64,000 bases of DNA from Octopus vulgaris (Eukaryota): positions 117,614,001 through 117,678,000 of the forward strand of contig OX597822.1 in the NCBI GenBank assembly GCA_951406725.2. Reading direction: 5' to 3'. The notes under the pieces were generated by a model that did no database searches, was not told where the DNA came from, and saw only the letters and a list, made by a program, of their open reading frames with translations. The first letter of the stretch is position 1; each line of letters starts with the position of its first letter. Made by a program: the position numbers and the translations under genes. Shown piece after piece: positions 42,370-54,512 of this stretch.

Positions 42370-43199
42370 AAGAAGGAGATAGATAGATATATAGATAGAT
42401 AGAGAGAGAGAGACAGTGAGAGAGAGAGAGGGTGTCAGAGAAAGATAGGGAGAGGGTGCAGATTGGAAACAATAAATTCTACCATATAAATTGAATCCTT
42501 TTTTCTCCCTTCTTTATAACCAAATGTGTGTGCTCCTGTTTGTGTCCCTGTGTGCCGGCCTATGTGTTTATGGTGTGTGTGTGTGTGTGTGTGTGTGTGT
42601 TTATGTGTGCACGTGTATGTATATGTATATGTGTGTTCGTGCTTATCGTTGCCGGCGGTTTCCCATGCCCAAGGATTTATTTCTGATTGAATATCTCCGC
42701 CATGTTGATGGCGTTGATAATTCAGAAGGCCATGGCGACCACGTAAAATAGGCAGGAACAAAAATAGTAAGGAAGAGGTAGTAAAAGCCCTGGCTATTGT
42801 CCTCATTGTTGTTGTTGTGGATGCTGCTGCTGTATCTTGAGTTCATTATGTCGGTTTTCCACTTCATTTTTACGTTTTGAATTCACAAAGACAAGATGAT
42901 GGACTGATGTCAAGTGGAACACCTCTCCTCTAGACATTAGTTTCTCATCTGTTTATGTTTCACTTCTTGCCATTTTAATGGTTGACTTTAGCTGGTCTTG
43001 CAGCATTAGGATGTCTTCTTGCTATCTTTCCGATGACAAATTTATTACAGAGATTTAGGCGAGGAAATCTTTCTTCTTTCATTCTAACCACATGTTCTCG
43101 CCACCATAGCCAACGTTTCATCAGAGTCGAGTCTATACTGCGTCTATTGTTTTTTCAGAGGCAGTATTTACTGGTTTTGTGTGTCTCTATGCATGTCTG

Positions 43200-43795
43200 T
43201 CCGTATATATAAAGCTTGGAAAACACAAGAATGTTAAGAATGGCTCTGAATGTTACGCAAAGAGCTCATTTAACCAACGAGAAGGTTTATCACGATCAGC
43301 AGAGGAGAATGAGAAATGCTGGTCATTGCGTCAAGCACGCAATAGAAGCGAACTAATCTTATGACAGTCAGTTGGAGGAAGAATTCATAGGGAATGAAAA
43401 CGTCAAACCTATGCGAACAACTTGCTTCAGGACAGTGGAATGGCAAATGTTGACGAATTAAGGACATGCAAGCTTCTTACCACAGCCACGCCTGAACCGA
43501 TTATGGATAGAACTGGAGTGAATGACGTCGTCGCAGAATACCACCACGCAAAGCTGCGATGGCCTGGTCATGTGGTAAAGTTCACGGATAATCGGTTAAT
43601 CCGAGCAGTTGAGTGTTAAGGGTGCGAACAGAAGAGACTACTCGGAAGAACTCGAATCAGGTGGGAAAATGTCTTAAGAAAGATGTTTGAAACAACGTGG
43701 AGGAGAATGGCGAGACCACGAGGGTAATGGAGCAAATGCTGTGGTCAGCGGAGCAGACTCGACAGCAGGGTAGCCTGGCCGATCAATGGTGATCC
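43200..43795 (+). mobile_element. RTE-clade LINE, decayed 3' fragment
   Basis: RTGVNDVV..AKLRWPGHVVKFTDNR...GRTRIRWE resembles the RTE C-terminal RWAGH..GRP..RW pattern. Confidence 0.65.
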
Positions 43796-44891
43796 AGATC
43801 ATATATATATATGTATATATATACATTTGTACATATGTACATGCAACTATATATATATATATCTATCTTCTAATCTCTGTCTATTTATCTATCTGTCTGT
43901 CTGTCTGTGCATGCATACATAGATATGTGTGTGTGTGTATAGGAACATGAGTGTGATTATGTGTGGGCAAGCGTTTATATAACTGAAAAAATTTAAGTCT
44001 CTGACTGAGGTCTCACGAACCTTATTAGAAACTGGAAGCGATGTCGTTCACTTCTGGAAATTTACACCGAAATCATTTATTATTTTCATACAGAAATTTA
44101 TATATTCTTAAAAAATGATAATTATTAATACTTCAGATACTTTTGATATCAATTTATATAAATAAATTTTCTCCTGCATATTCCGGCGTTTTACTGTGAT
44201 AAATATATCTTACTAAGAACAATACACAATAATAACTGACAAAATAATTTTAAAAATGAAAGATTAATATTAATCAGGTGTTACTGAATGGTTTTCAAAC
44301 TTGCTGGATATAATATATATCTAGAACAACTGAGCCGAGTAATATATTTTTGAATAAATGGCCTTCTGCCTTTTATGGGTTTGTGCTGACTGTGGAGCGA
44401 CGCTGTATAAAAAAACGGAGAAGAATTTCACTGGAACAACAACAGTTTTACTATGTGCATCGATGCTGAACAGCTTTACCGATAAGATCCTTTACTGTGG
44501 TTCCATCATTAGCAGAAATCTGATCATCGCACAACAATCGATTGTCAAGATTACCAGGAACCATTAGGTTGGCAAGAACGAACTAAGATTTCCACCGAGT
44601 CAATGTTGTACTTCATACTTACGTTGATGAGACTAACGGCAATACTACCATAAAAATCTTTCACTAGAATTTGGCACTACCATTAGCAGGACTGTCAATG
44701 TTACAGCTTAAGTTATTCAGGAGAGATATCACAGAAAAATGTGCTGCTACTGATGATTCGGATTGGTTATTAACAATGTTGAAACCACACAAGAGTTGGA
44801 TGAATATTTTCGGAAAATATTAGCATATTGGTGTCGATAGACCATACATTTCTGACTGGAACTGAAAACGAGGACCTGCTATAGGTATGCA

Positions 44892-44950
<59 letters not shown>

Positions 44951-44959
<9 letters not shown>

Positions 44960-45521
44960 CATTAAAAGGCTTCCAAATAAAGAAGCGAGTGCTAGATACA
45001 CAAAAAGGGGATAAATTCATGAAATGGAATGAAAATCAAAAACGTTTGCCAACTCAGCTAATCCTGTACCGCGTTTTCATCTTTTTTTTAGCAAATGAAT
45101 AGAATTTATCTGCCAAGGCCAGAATCATCAGCAGGAAGCCTTTGTAATCCAAGATGTACATACCGTTAGAACCACGAGCAAGTCTAACGATCTGTATACC
45201 CTAACTTTTCAGACCAGTGCGCAGACGCAAATCATACCCGGCGACAGAGAGGATGCCGGTAAAAAATTTACGAGCAAATTTATCGAGCAATATTTAAACA
45301 TAGTAAATAGGGTAATAAAACTAAATTATTATTACCAGTGACCTAGCAGTGACCCATTTCATGAATCTATCCCCTTTTTGTGTATCTAGCATTCGCTTCT
45401 TTATTTGGAAGCCTTTTAAGGTATTTATATATGAATAACGTATAGTCTAATGACTAATTCGTCTTTTGTGCTAGGTCACTGGTAATAATAATTTATTTTT
45501 ATTACCCTATTTACTATGTTT
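44951..45521 (-). mobile_element. Non-coding PLE-type unit with an inverted segment, in (TA)n
   Basis: 45355-45430 is an inverted copy of 44951-45026; 45469-45521 is an inverted copy of 45295-45348. Confidence 0.78.
45062..45136 (-). ncRNA. Type I hammerhead motif
   Basis: Minus strand TCCTG-CTGATGA-...-GAAAA-CGCG-GTA-CAGGA: perfect stem I, palindromic loop III, one stem III mismatch. Confidence 0.68.
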
Positions 45522-45524
45522 ATA

Positions 45525-45570
<46 letters not shown>

Positions 45571-45573
<3 letters not shown>

Positions 45574-47238
45574 TTGCGGCCAAAATGTTCAGAACGGCAT
45601 TGTTTTCGCCAGAAAAGTAGGTACAAGTTTTTATCTAAGTTGTTTTATATTCTATAATTTTCACACACAATAAATACAATATCAATTGTTATTGTCTGAG
45701 AGGATAATACAAAAGTTATGGATGATTTAGTGATTTACTGCAAAACCCATGGCGGCCAAAATGATCAGAACGGTTGCTTTTACTCCGTGTTTTAGTATAT
45801 TTAACTGGCGAATTCTAATGTTTTGAATTTGTTTATGTGATGGTTCGTTTACTAAACATTAGTAAGAATATCTGCAGTGTACCTTGTGTATCTAGCACTC
45901 GCTTCTTTATTTGGAAGCCTTTTAATGTATTTATTTATATATATATATATAATGCCACTTACTCCGTTACCAATTCGTCAGCAGATTATTAAGCTTCGAA
46001 AGAAGGATAATTTAAATATTGGCTCTATTGTAAAGATTGTTAACAAGTCAAAAAGTGTTGTTCACGGTATTCTTAAGGTCTTCGATGATTGTGGTTCATG
46101 TGAAGCAAGAAAGTCTACAGGTAGGCCAAGAAAAACGACCAAGAGAGAAGATCGTGCTATGGTAAAGTTGGTTAAAAAGGACAGATTTAAAACTGCTGCT
46201 GCTGTTTCTCGGGAAATGAGCATTGTATTGAAGAAAACTTTATCTCGAAAAACTGTGTCTCGTCGTTTAGTTGAACATGACCTACAAGCAAGAGCACCTG
46301 CAGTGAAGCCACTGATCAGCTCCAAAAATAAAAAGTGTCGTCTTACCTTTGCAACCGAACATGTGTTGTGGTCTCAAGAAAAATGGCAAACGGTGCATTT
46401 CAGTGATGAATCTAACTTTATGTTATTTGGCTGAGATGGGAAAAGGTACGTTCGTTGAAAAGTAGGTGAAAAATTGTCGCCTAAATGCCTTAAGACTAGT
46501 GTTAAATTCGGTGGAGGAAGTGTCATGGTTTGGGGGATGATATCTGGAGATGGTGTGGGCTCTTTGGTGCGATTACATGGACAGGTAAATGCAGGAGTTT
46601 ATAAACAACTTGTAAAAGATCATGTCTGGCCTGTGCTGAGAAATTCAACTAAGCGACCACCCATATTCATGCAGGACAATGTCCCATGTCACAAGGCTAA
46701 GGTGGTCATGAACTTCCTCAAGGCTGAAAAGGTTATTGTTATGGATTGGCCTGCTCAAAGCCCAGATCTCAATCCTATTGAAAATGTGTGGAATATTCTA
46801 GGAGAACGTTTGAAAGCCAGAAATCCTAAAACAACCGAGCAATTATGGAATGCCCTTCAGGAAGAATGGAATAAGATCACCCAGCAAGAAATTGAAAATT
46901 TAATTTCCTCATGCAGTCGAAGATGTCAAAGTGTGATTGAAGCTAAAGGGCTTCACACTAAATATTAAATAATTCCAGTATTCTCTGTCATTTTTGATTA
47001 TTTTGTTATTTTGTCAACCGTTCTGATCCTTTTGGCCACCATGGGTTTTGCAGTAAATCACTAAATCATCGATAACTTTTGTATTATCCTCTCAAATTAC
47101 ACCAAAATCTCAGACAATAACAATTAGTATTATATTTATTGCGTATGAAGATCATAGAACATAAAACAACTTTGATAAAAACTTATACCTACTTTTCTGG
47201 CGAAAACAATGCCGTTCTGAACATTTTGGCCGAAACTG
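45571..47238 (+). mobile_element. Tc1-family transposon with long IR/DR TIRs
   Basis: TIRs at 45571-45776 and 47015-47238, each with two copies of GGCCAAAA(T/G)G(T/A)TCAGAACGG; TA on both sides. Confidence 0.95.
45952..46968 (+). pseudogene. Tc1 DD34E transposase, single reading frame with two premature TGA stops
   Basis: GRPRKTT, FSDES, MQDNVPCH-(34 aa)-SPDLNPIENVW; stops at 46432 and 46456. Confidence 0.93.
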
Positions 47239-49289
47239 TACATGCACATACATACACGCATATTTTCTTGTTTGAAGGAAGCTCATTATGCGCTCTACAC
47301 GTTACAGTCAATGTAAACTGGTCATATGTGTAAGTTATATGAGAAAATTTTATTTCAAATATTGGAAATTAATTTCTAAGAAACAGTTGTTATTAGAATT
47401 ATTTCAAATTTTGTTTTTTGTTTCTATGGAAATTCTGTGTGTAAAATTTCGTTCCGGATAATATTTGAGAACGCAAGTTAAAAGCAGTATAAATTAACAA
47501 GATCGAAATACTGAAAGTTACGCCGATGGTAAAATTCGGATTTTTCTTCATTTTCTTTTACATTGTAACAAATTATCTGTCTATGCTAAAGGCTCAGTCA
47601 TAAATTTCTTGGAATGCTAGTAGCAGAGATCTAGACAATAAAATAGCTTTTTATGTCTGAGCTTAAAATGACAAAAATATTCTATTTAACGAGTTTTGCT
47701 GTTTCAGGAAGAAAGTGATGTTTGAAGTTCCGAGTAAAATCTCATGCGGCAATCTTCTCTCGATCCATGAAATTCCTATCAAAGAAGATGGGAAAAAAGA
47801 GGAAAATTTCCAAATAATTTTCAGAAAAATAATCTCATAACTAATGATTAGGAAATTCGTAACAAATTTCTCAAGAAATTATCAGGTGTTAACTCATAAT
47901 CGTCCAGTTTTTCTTCAGGTGTTACTACGTCTGTAACTGAATATAGCCAGAGAGCTTGAAAGATGTTTTCTTTTATTTTCTCAGAAAGTAATTATTGCCA
48001 TTTATTGAAACTCTGTCGGTACTTGGAGAATCAACAGCTGAACAAAAAGCTTTTGGAATATAAAAGCTATGGACAAAAGAAAGCAGAGATAGCCCGGTGA
48101 AAAAGAATATAAGAAAAATAAAACTAATAAAAATCAACGAATCTTATTTTATTAATTTCTAAAGTTGAACAATTTCTCTTCAGAAAAACATGTGAAATCT
48201 GAAGGAGTCGGAAATGAGAAATATTTATAAGTTGATAATAAATAAAGTGAACTAATTTGAAACTGGACAATACTTCACAAACATGAAGTATTTGATAAGT
48301 TAAAGAACCATATTCTGCATTTAACTTTATGCCTCGACAAGCGAAAAACAACTGCCAAAGAAAGATATCTTGACTGCCAAAAGTAAAAACATGTTTTCAT
48401 AAAAGATTTGGTTAGACAATTTTGCAAGAGTCAAGAAGTGTGTCGGATTGTGCGTGGGAAGATCGACTTTGGTACATTGTGTTTACATACTCCATCAAAA
48501 TATGTGACTGTTAGAACAGGACTACCTGCCATTACAGAAGAAGAAAACATTGATTTGAGAGAGTGTATTGTCAGTGTTTGGCGGCAGTTTTATGCAGTTT
48601 ACCACTAGTTGGTTTGAAGATTAAATGCCCAAATGAGACAACCATTTGGGTATGTAATTTTCAGCCTCTTGGGAGTTTTGAACGGCATTTCAAGGAATAT
48701 TGTTTGGTCGTTTTTATTTTCTGAAAAGTCCAACATCAATTGGAAAAATTCTTTTTAACACTGTGTATGTTAGCGAATCTGTGTATAAGAAATGTCCCTC
48801 TTTGAGAGTTTTGAGTTGGATCTGTTCAAAGCTTTCACTGATTTGACAATCTTTTTGTGGTTAACTACCGCTTTCATCAAGTCAATATTTCGTTTCAACA
48901 AAGAATTTATGCAATTTCTTGTATTTTGCTTTTGCTGTTGCTGATCTTGGAACTGATTTTGTTTTCTTTTTGTCTTTTCTTTGATTGTAATTTTAGTTGA
49001 GATTTTCATTTAGGCTGTTGTTGTTATTGTAGTTGAGATTGTGGGGATGCACTAGCTATCTTATGGACTGGGAGACAAATGCAGTCTCTTTGGAGGAACA
49101 CGATTTTATCTTGAGGTAGTTCTTGTATTCGACACTTCGTCTTTCTTCACAGACATCTATGGTTTAGACCTTCGATTTAACTTTGCCATTCAGCAAGTTC
49201 ATTGACCCAGGGATGTTGTAGTGAGTGAGGGGAGAGACGACCGCTCCTAAGCCTTCATGTTTATGGTTTTTCTAGGGTAGAGCTGAGAG

Positions 49290-49760
49290 CATTTGAAGTG
49301 ATTGATGAAATGCAGTATAAGCCTAATTGTCAAAGGAAAGAGTGAAAAAAGCAGCGCATATATTTATCGAACGATTTTGTTAGAAGCCTTCAAGTTCTCA
49401 AGATGCAGGATTTTATTGCCAAAGAGCCAGTTGCATTTGGCTCAGAGAGAAAAGGATCCTTGAAAAAGAAATGGTTTTGAGAGATTTTGTGGAAAATTAT
49501 TCATTTATTTACAGGCTGCAACACAAAACCTGAAGTGTTTGCACCAGAAAGTTTTGCATTTGGAGACCCTAAAACAACAAAAAGTGTTTACTAACTCACA
49601 AAATAAAAAAAGGTAAAAGTCATCACAAAGAATCTCGCAAAACAAAAGCATTCAACGAAGTAACGGGTTGGTAGAAGTAATGGTGTGATTGTTGACCTAT
49701 GAGAAGTGGCTTTTTAAGCAATAGGGATACCAATTCATATTATAATAAAAGGAAAGGACC
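49290..49760 (+). pseudogene. Decayed integrase-like relic (KRBA2/SCAND3/Ginger-type)
   Basis: Ordered remnants CQRK, FSRCRILL, EV..FAFGDP, KVKVI..KHS..RVGRSNG..W..G.QFI. Confidence 0.4.
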
Positions 49761-49959
49761 TGATGTACATTATTACAGTGGAGTTCTCAGATTGCCACCG
49801 CCATAACAATGTGAAGTTCATTTGTATCAACAAATCCTAGCAGACCATCTGAAAACTCATTTTGAATCCTATGATTTACTCCGCAGATAGAGCCGTTGCG
49901 TAACACTAAAATTACGGAAACTGTTAATTTTTGTAATCATAGAGCAGACTTTGGAAAGA

Positions 49960-51615
49960 AAGTAGAGTATCGTTTCTATCACTTACACGAACTGACCCAG
50001 AAGGCTTCTTCGACGTAGCAATGGGCGCCTTCGACAGGGCTGGTGTGTGTGACCTCGTCGGTTTCTTCACTCTAGAAAAAGAAATTCCCCTCAACCAGCT
50101 TTGGCCTCTACAGGGATGACGCGTTGGCAATATCAAGAGAGACAAACGGCCACACGCCAGATAGGCTTACAAAAGACCTCACCAGCACCATGAACTCCCT
50201 TGGACTGAAGGTCACGATAGAAACCAATCTGAAAACGGTGGATTTCCTTGATGTGACTCTGGTGCTTCCCGTTAGGAAGCCAAAAGAAGAGGCTTGTGTA
50301 CATCAACACAAGTTCCTGTCATTCAGCCATAGTTTTCAAGAACCTGATAAAGGGCCTCAGCATAAGAATCTCCAGCTTGTCTTCGAGCAAAGAGATTTTC
50401 GATACTGCCGCTCCATACTACAATGAGGCTCTAGCTGCCAGCGGTTTCAAGGATAGGATTAGTTACACGCGAAAACCTAACCCCTCCATGAGAAAGCGAC
50501 ATAGGAAAGGGTTGTGGTTCATATCCTCTATTTAAACGTTAAAGCACTTCCTCTGTACAAATAAATTCAACAAAATGCTCAATAGGCACACCCTGAGAAT
50601 TTCTTTTAGCTGTGCACCTAATGTAAAAAAGATTTTATTAAGTAGGCCTGAGACAGAAAAGGATGCTCATAAGGCCACTGAAGAGTCACTGTAACACGGA
50701 GACCGTCGTGTATGAGGCAGAGGCAACAGGTATAGGACTAAACTGGCAAGCAAACGTGCGAAAGTATGGAGGAGAGACTGAAGACCATTTCAGGACCTGC
50801 TTTAACGACAAGTCCTCCTGTAACATCCCGGAAAGATGCAACGCCACAACCATGGCCAAGCACATGTGATCTTCGAAAGAAAGCGCCACCGAGTACAACA
50901 TAAAGTGGAAGATCCTGGATAAATGTAAACCTTACTTCAATAGCAGCAGGAAGTGCAGGTTGTCTGAAAAAGGAGCGATTTTAAAGAACATCCAGAACCC
51001 AGGCATTTACCTGAATAGCAGAAGCGAAGTGTTTAATTCTTGCCGACATAAATGGAAGTACATGCACACATAAAGCCCCCACGACCTTCACCAATACAGA
51101 AAAACACACTAGCGAACGCAGTAATGGATGCCTACAACCCCTGCAAAAATTATATATACAGTACCATTACACATATCCTATTTCCACAAGAACACCAACC
51201 GGAAAGACGCACACACAATTGCCACAAACACTTCATGATAGCTCTTACAACATAACCAATCCAGTGATGATGTCTTGGTACCAAGGGACAGAACTCTTAA
51301 CTAAATCACCTACCTGGTTTGTCTCATCACCCTTTCACGGCAACCGGAAAGCGGATGTCTCCTTTTATGTCAACAATAGAGAGTAGTCGCCATATTTCAT
51401 TCCATATTGGCTACCTCTGATGAGCGTAGGGTTATATAATCAGATTGTTTGCTAACACTCCGTTATACCCTTAGTGCGAAACCGATTGGTAAGGTGTAAT
51501 GGATCTATAATACAATATTGTACATTTTAGATTATATACCCACTCTATTGAGAGATACACGAGTGCATCTTCTTCCTGACTTATGAACTTTTAGCTTTTA
51601 GACAACTTATATATA
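49960..51615 (+). mobile_element. Penelope-like element, 5'-truncated (RT + GIY-YIG + 3' repeat)
   Basis: FDVAMGAFD..VCDLVG, GLYRDDAL, VDFLDVTL; VVYEA..KYGGETE..F; LNSRSEVFNSCRHK; ends at (TA)n. Confidence 0.9.
51412..51496 (+). ncRNA. Type I hammerhead ribozyme in the PLE 3' region
   Basis: TACCT-CTGATGA-G..stem II (AGGG/CCCT)..C-GAAA-CC-GATT-GG-TA-AGGTG; core fully canonical, GUA site at 51489-51491. Confidence 0.8.
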
Positions 51616-51616
51616 A

Positions 51617-51673
<57 letters not shown>

Positions 51674-52649
51674 TATATATGCATATTTACACACTCACAG
51701 AAATATACACTGATGTGTGTGTGGGTGTGTATGCATCGTTAAATGCAGTAGTGAGAAATCTCAACTAGCAGACTCACATGTTCTTATATAGCACTCTACT
51801 CAAGAGTATTGACTATTTATTATGCTTCAATGCTATTGACGTCTGTGTAAATACAACATATAAGTATAATTCTTCATTTCATCCCTTTCTTTGTAAATAC
51901 ACTCACGTGCAAGCTCATATACGTATACGTATGTGTGTACGCACACATACGCAGACATATTTATGTGTGTGTGTGTGTGTGTGTCTTCGTATGTATATAT
52001 ATATAATCCAAATACGAAAAAAACCAAAGAAATTCTTTAACATATCTTCAATGATTCGTTACAGCTGTTTCTCTAACAACTCTGCTTGCAACATCACTTT
52101 ACGCAAAATTCTTCTTCTTCTTCTTCTTCTTCTTCTTCTTCTCCCCCCTCCCCCAACTTCCCTCCTCCTTTGTATTCTTTCGCTCTATCCTCCCCACATG
52201 ATCTCTATACTAATTACTCATCCTCAAACCACATTTTATTTACTTTTTGTTTCCTTCCGATACAAGCCAAATGACAATGTCTGGCAGACGCACAATGTGA
52301 CAGCACACATCTGATGCCATTCTGACGAAGTGCCACTCTAATGTCTAAAACCGCAAACATTACGTAAATTTTCACTTCGTATTTTTGGGTAAACCGGAGT
52401 TGGAAGCAGAGTTGGTACAGAAACAACTGCATCAAATCATTAAATATGTGTTATAGAATTTCTTCTTATTATTTGGATTACGATTTATTCTTCGCCAAAC
52501 CCACATTTCGGTGTGACCGCTTTGGAACTAGGATTTTCAACACTTGAAGAATTCCGGCATTGGTCTGGATGGAACCCGACAATGTTGATAGCCCAGAATT
52601 CGGGTTGAGTGCTCCTCTGGAAATACCCTACCTTTACACACTGCCAAGA

Positions 52650-53145
52650 CGTATATGCATGTATGTATGTATGTATGTATGTATGTATGTATGTATGTAT
52701 GTATGTGTGTATGTATGATGTATGTATGTATGATGTATGTATGTATGTATGTATGTATGATGTATGTATGTATGATGTATGTATGTATGTATGTATGTAT
52801 GTATGTATGTATGTATGTATGTATGTATGAAGCCGGTAAAGGTTTTAGCTGCCAATTCTGTACAAGATATTGTAGATCTTTAGCTGGGCTAAAAAGTCAC
52901 ATTCGATCACAGCACCAATAACAGTTAAGCTTCGTGCAATGGCTATACTCGATATGGAGGGGGCAGCCATCATGTATGTATGTATGTATGTATGTATGTA
53001 TGTATGTATGTATGTATGTATGTATGTATGTATGTACGTATGTACGTATGTATGTGTGTGTATGTATGTATGTGTGTGTATGTATGTGTGTATGTATGTA
53101 TGTATGTGTGTATGTATGTATGTGTATGTGTATGTGTATGTGTAA
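52650..53145. repeat. Two (TATG)n tracts
   Basis: Read directly from the sequence. Confidence 0.95.
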
Positions 53146-53654
53146 TTATGAAATTCCAATCATTTTAGTATCCCACGTCACATCATAAATAGATGGGACA
53201 ATAGAAACTACGTATAACATAATGCTACTGTGCTTAGCATTCTATCGTAGTTGCCAGGTTTTCAATTGTTTATAAGTGAATTCCTTCACACAGACAGAGG
53301 TCCCTCATTATTTTCACACTTCATTAATCGTTACAGCTGATGCAGACGGGTTTAAGTAGGAGCTGACTCTACCAAGTCAGGAGTTTATCTCCAGTTCTGT
53401 AGTTTTCGCTGTGATTCGCTCCAGAAATAATAGGACGGAAAATGTTAAGACAACATCTGCTGACATAAAATACAACCACCTTAAATCTCAAACGTCGCTG
53501 TAAACGTGCGAGCTATTTACGATCTGTCCACTGGCTGATATATGATATACAGCAATAGTTAATTTGATCTTAGCACCGAAGTTCTACACGCATACATCGT
53601 CGTATCAAACCGTTAATTCTGCCGTGCATTTCTCTCTCTCTCCATCCCCCAACT

Positions 53655-53775
53655 TCATCCCTTCCGGTCGAAGAGTGTAGATTCGAAATGTCAAGGACTT
53701 ACCTTTCTTCCGAGCGTCAAATTAATACATCTGCTTGTAGTTCCATCACTCGTCTTTGCGTTTTGCTTACTGTAC
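53655..53775 (+). mobile_element. Decayed copy of the 6491-6660 PLE-type 3' end
   Basis: GAAGAGTGTAGATTCGAAATGTCAAGGAC..GAGCGTCAAATTAATACA; followed by (TATC)n. Confidence 0.6.
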
Positions 53776-53776
53776 A

Positions 53777-53861
<85 letters not shown>

Positions 53862-53882
53862 GTCTGTCTGTCTATCTGTCTG

Positions 53883-53978
<96 letters not shown>

Positions 53979-53999
53979 CCTACCTACCTACCTACCTAC

Positions 54000-54059
<60 letters not shown>

Positions 54060-54222
54060 TTATCCGTGTGTGTGTGTGTGTGTGTATGTGTGTGTGCGTG
54101 TGTGTGTATTACAAAAGTAAAAAAAAACAACTAGTACATTAATATTGGTATTAATTTAACGTTGGTGAGATAGAAATATCCTTTTTTGACGTTTCGAACT
54201 GTTTCAGAGAGAAAAAGAAATC

Positions 54223-54292
<70 letters not shown>

Positions 54293-54457
54293 AAAATAAC
54301 TGAAAGGAAAAGAATGGAATATAAACTGACGTGAAGTACCTGATCCGTTTTTAAATGAGGCAGAAATATAGAAAAATGAGAGAATATTGTGTTGAGCGAT
54401 GATAGAAAAATGGGAGATAAAGCAGGAGAAGATGGGAGCGTGAGTGTGAGATTGAAG

Positions 54458-54512
<55 letters not shown>

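Noticed and set aside
42643-42867. 74-aa minus-strand ORF in unique sequence
   Set aside because: No recognisable domain or splice evidence; it cannot be distinguished from a chance ORF.
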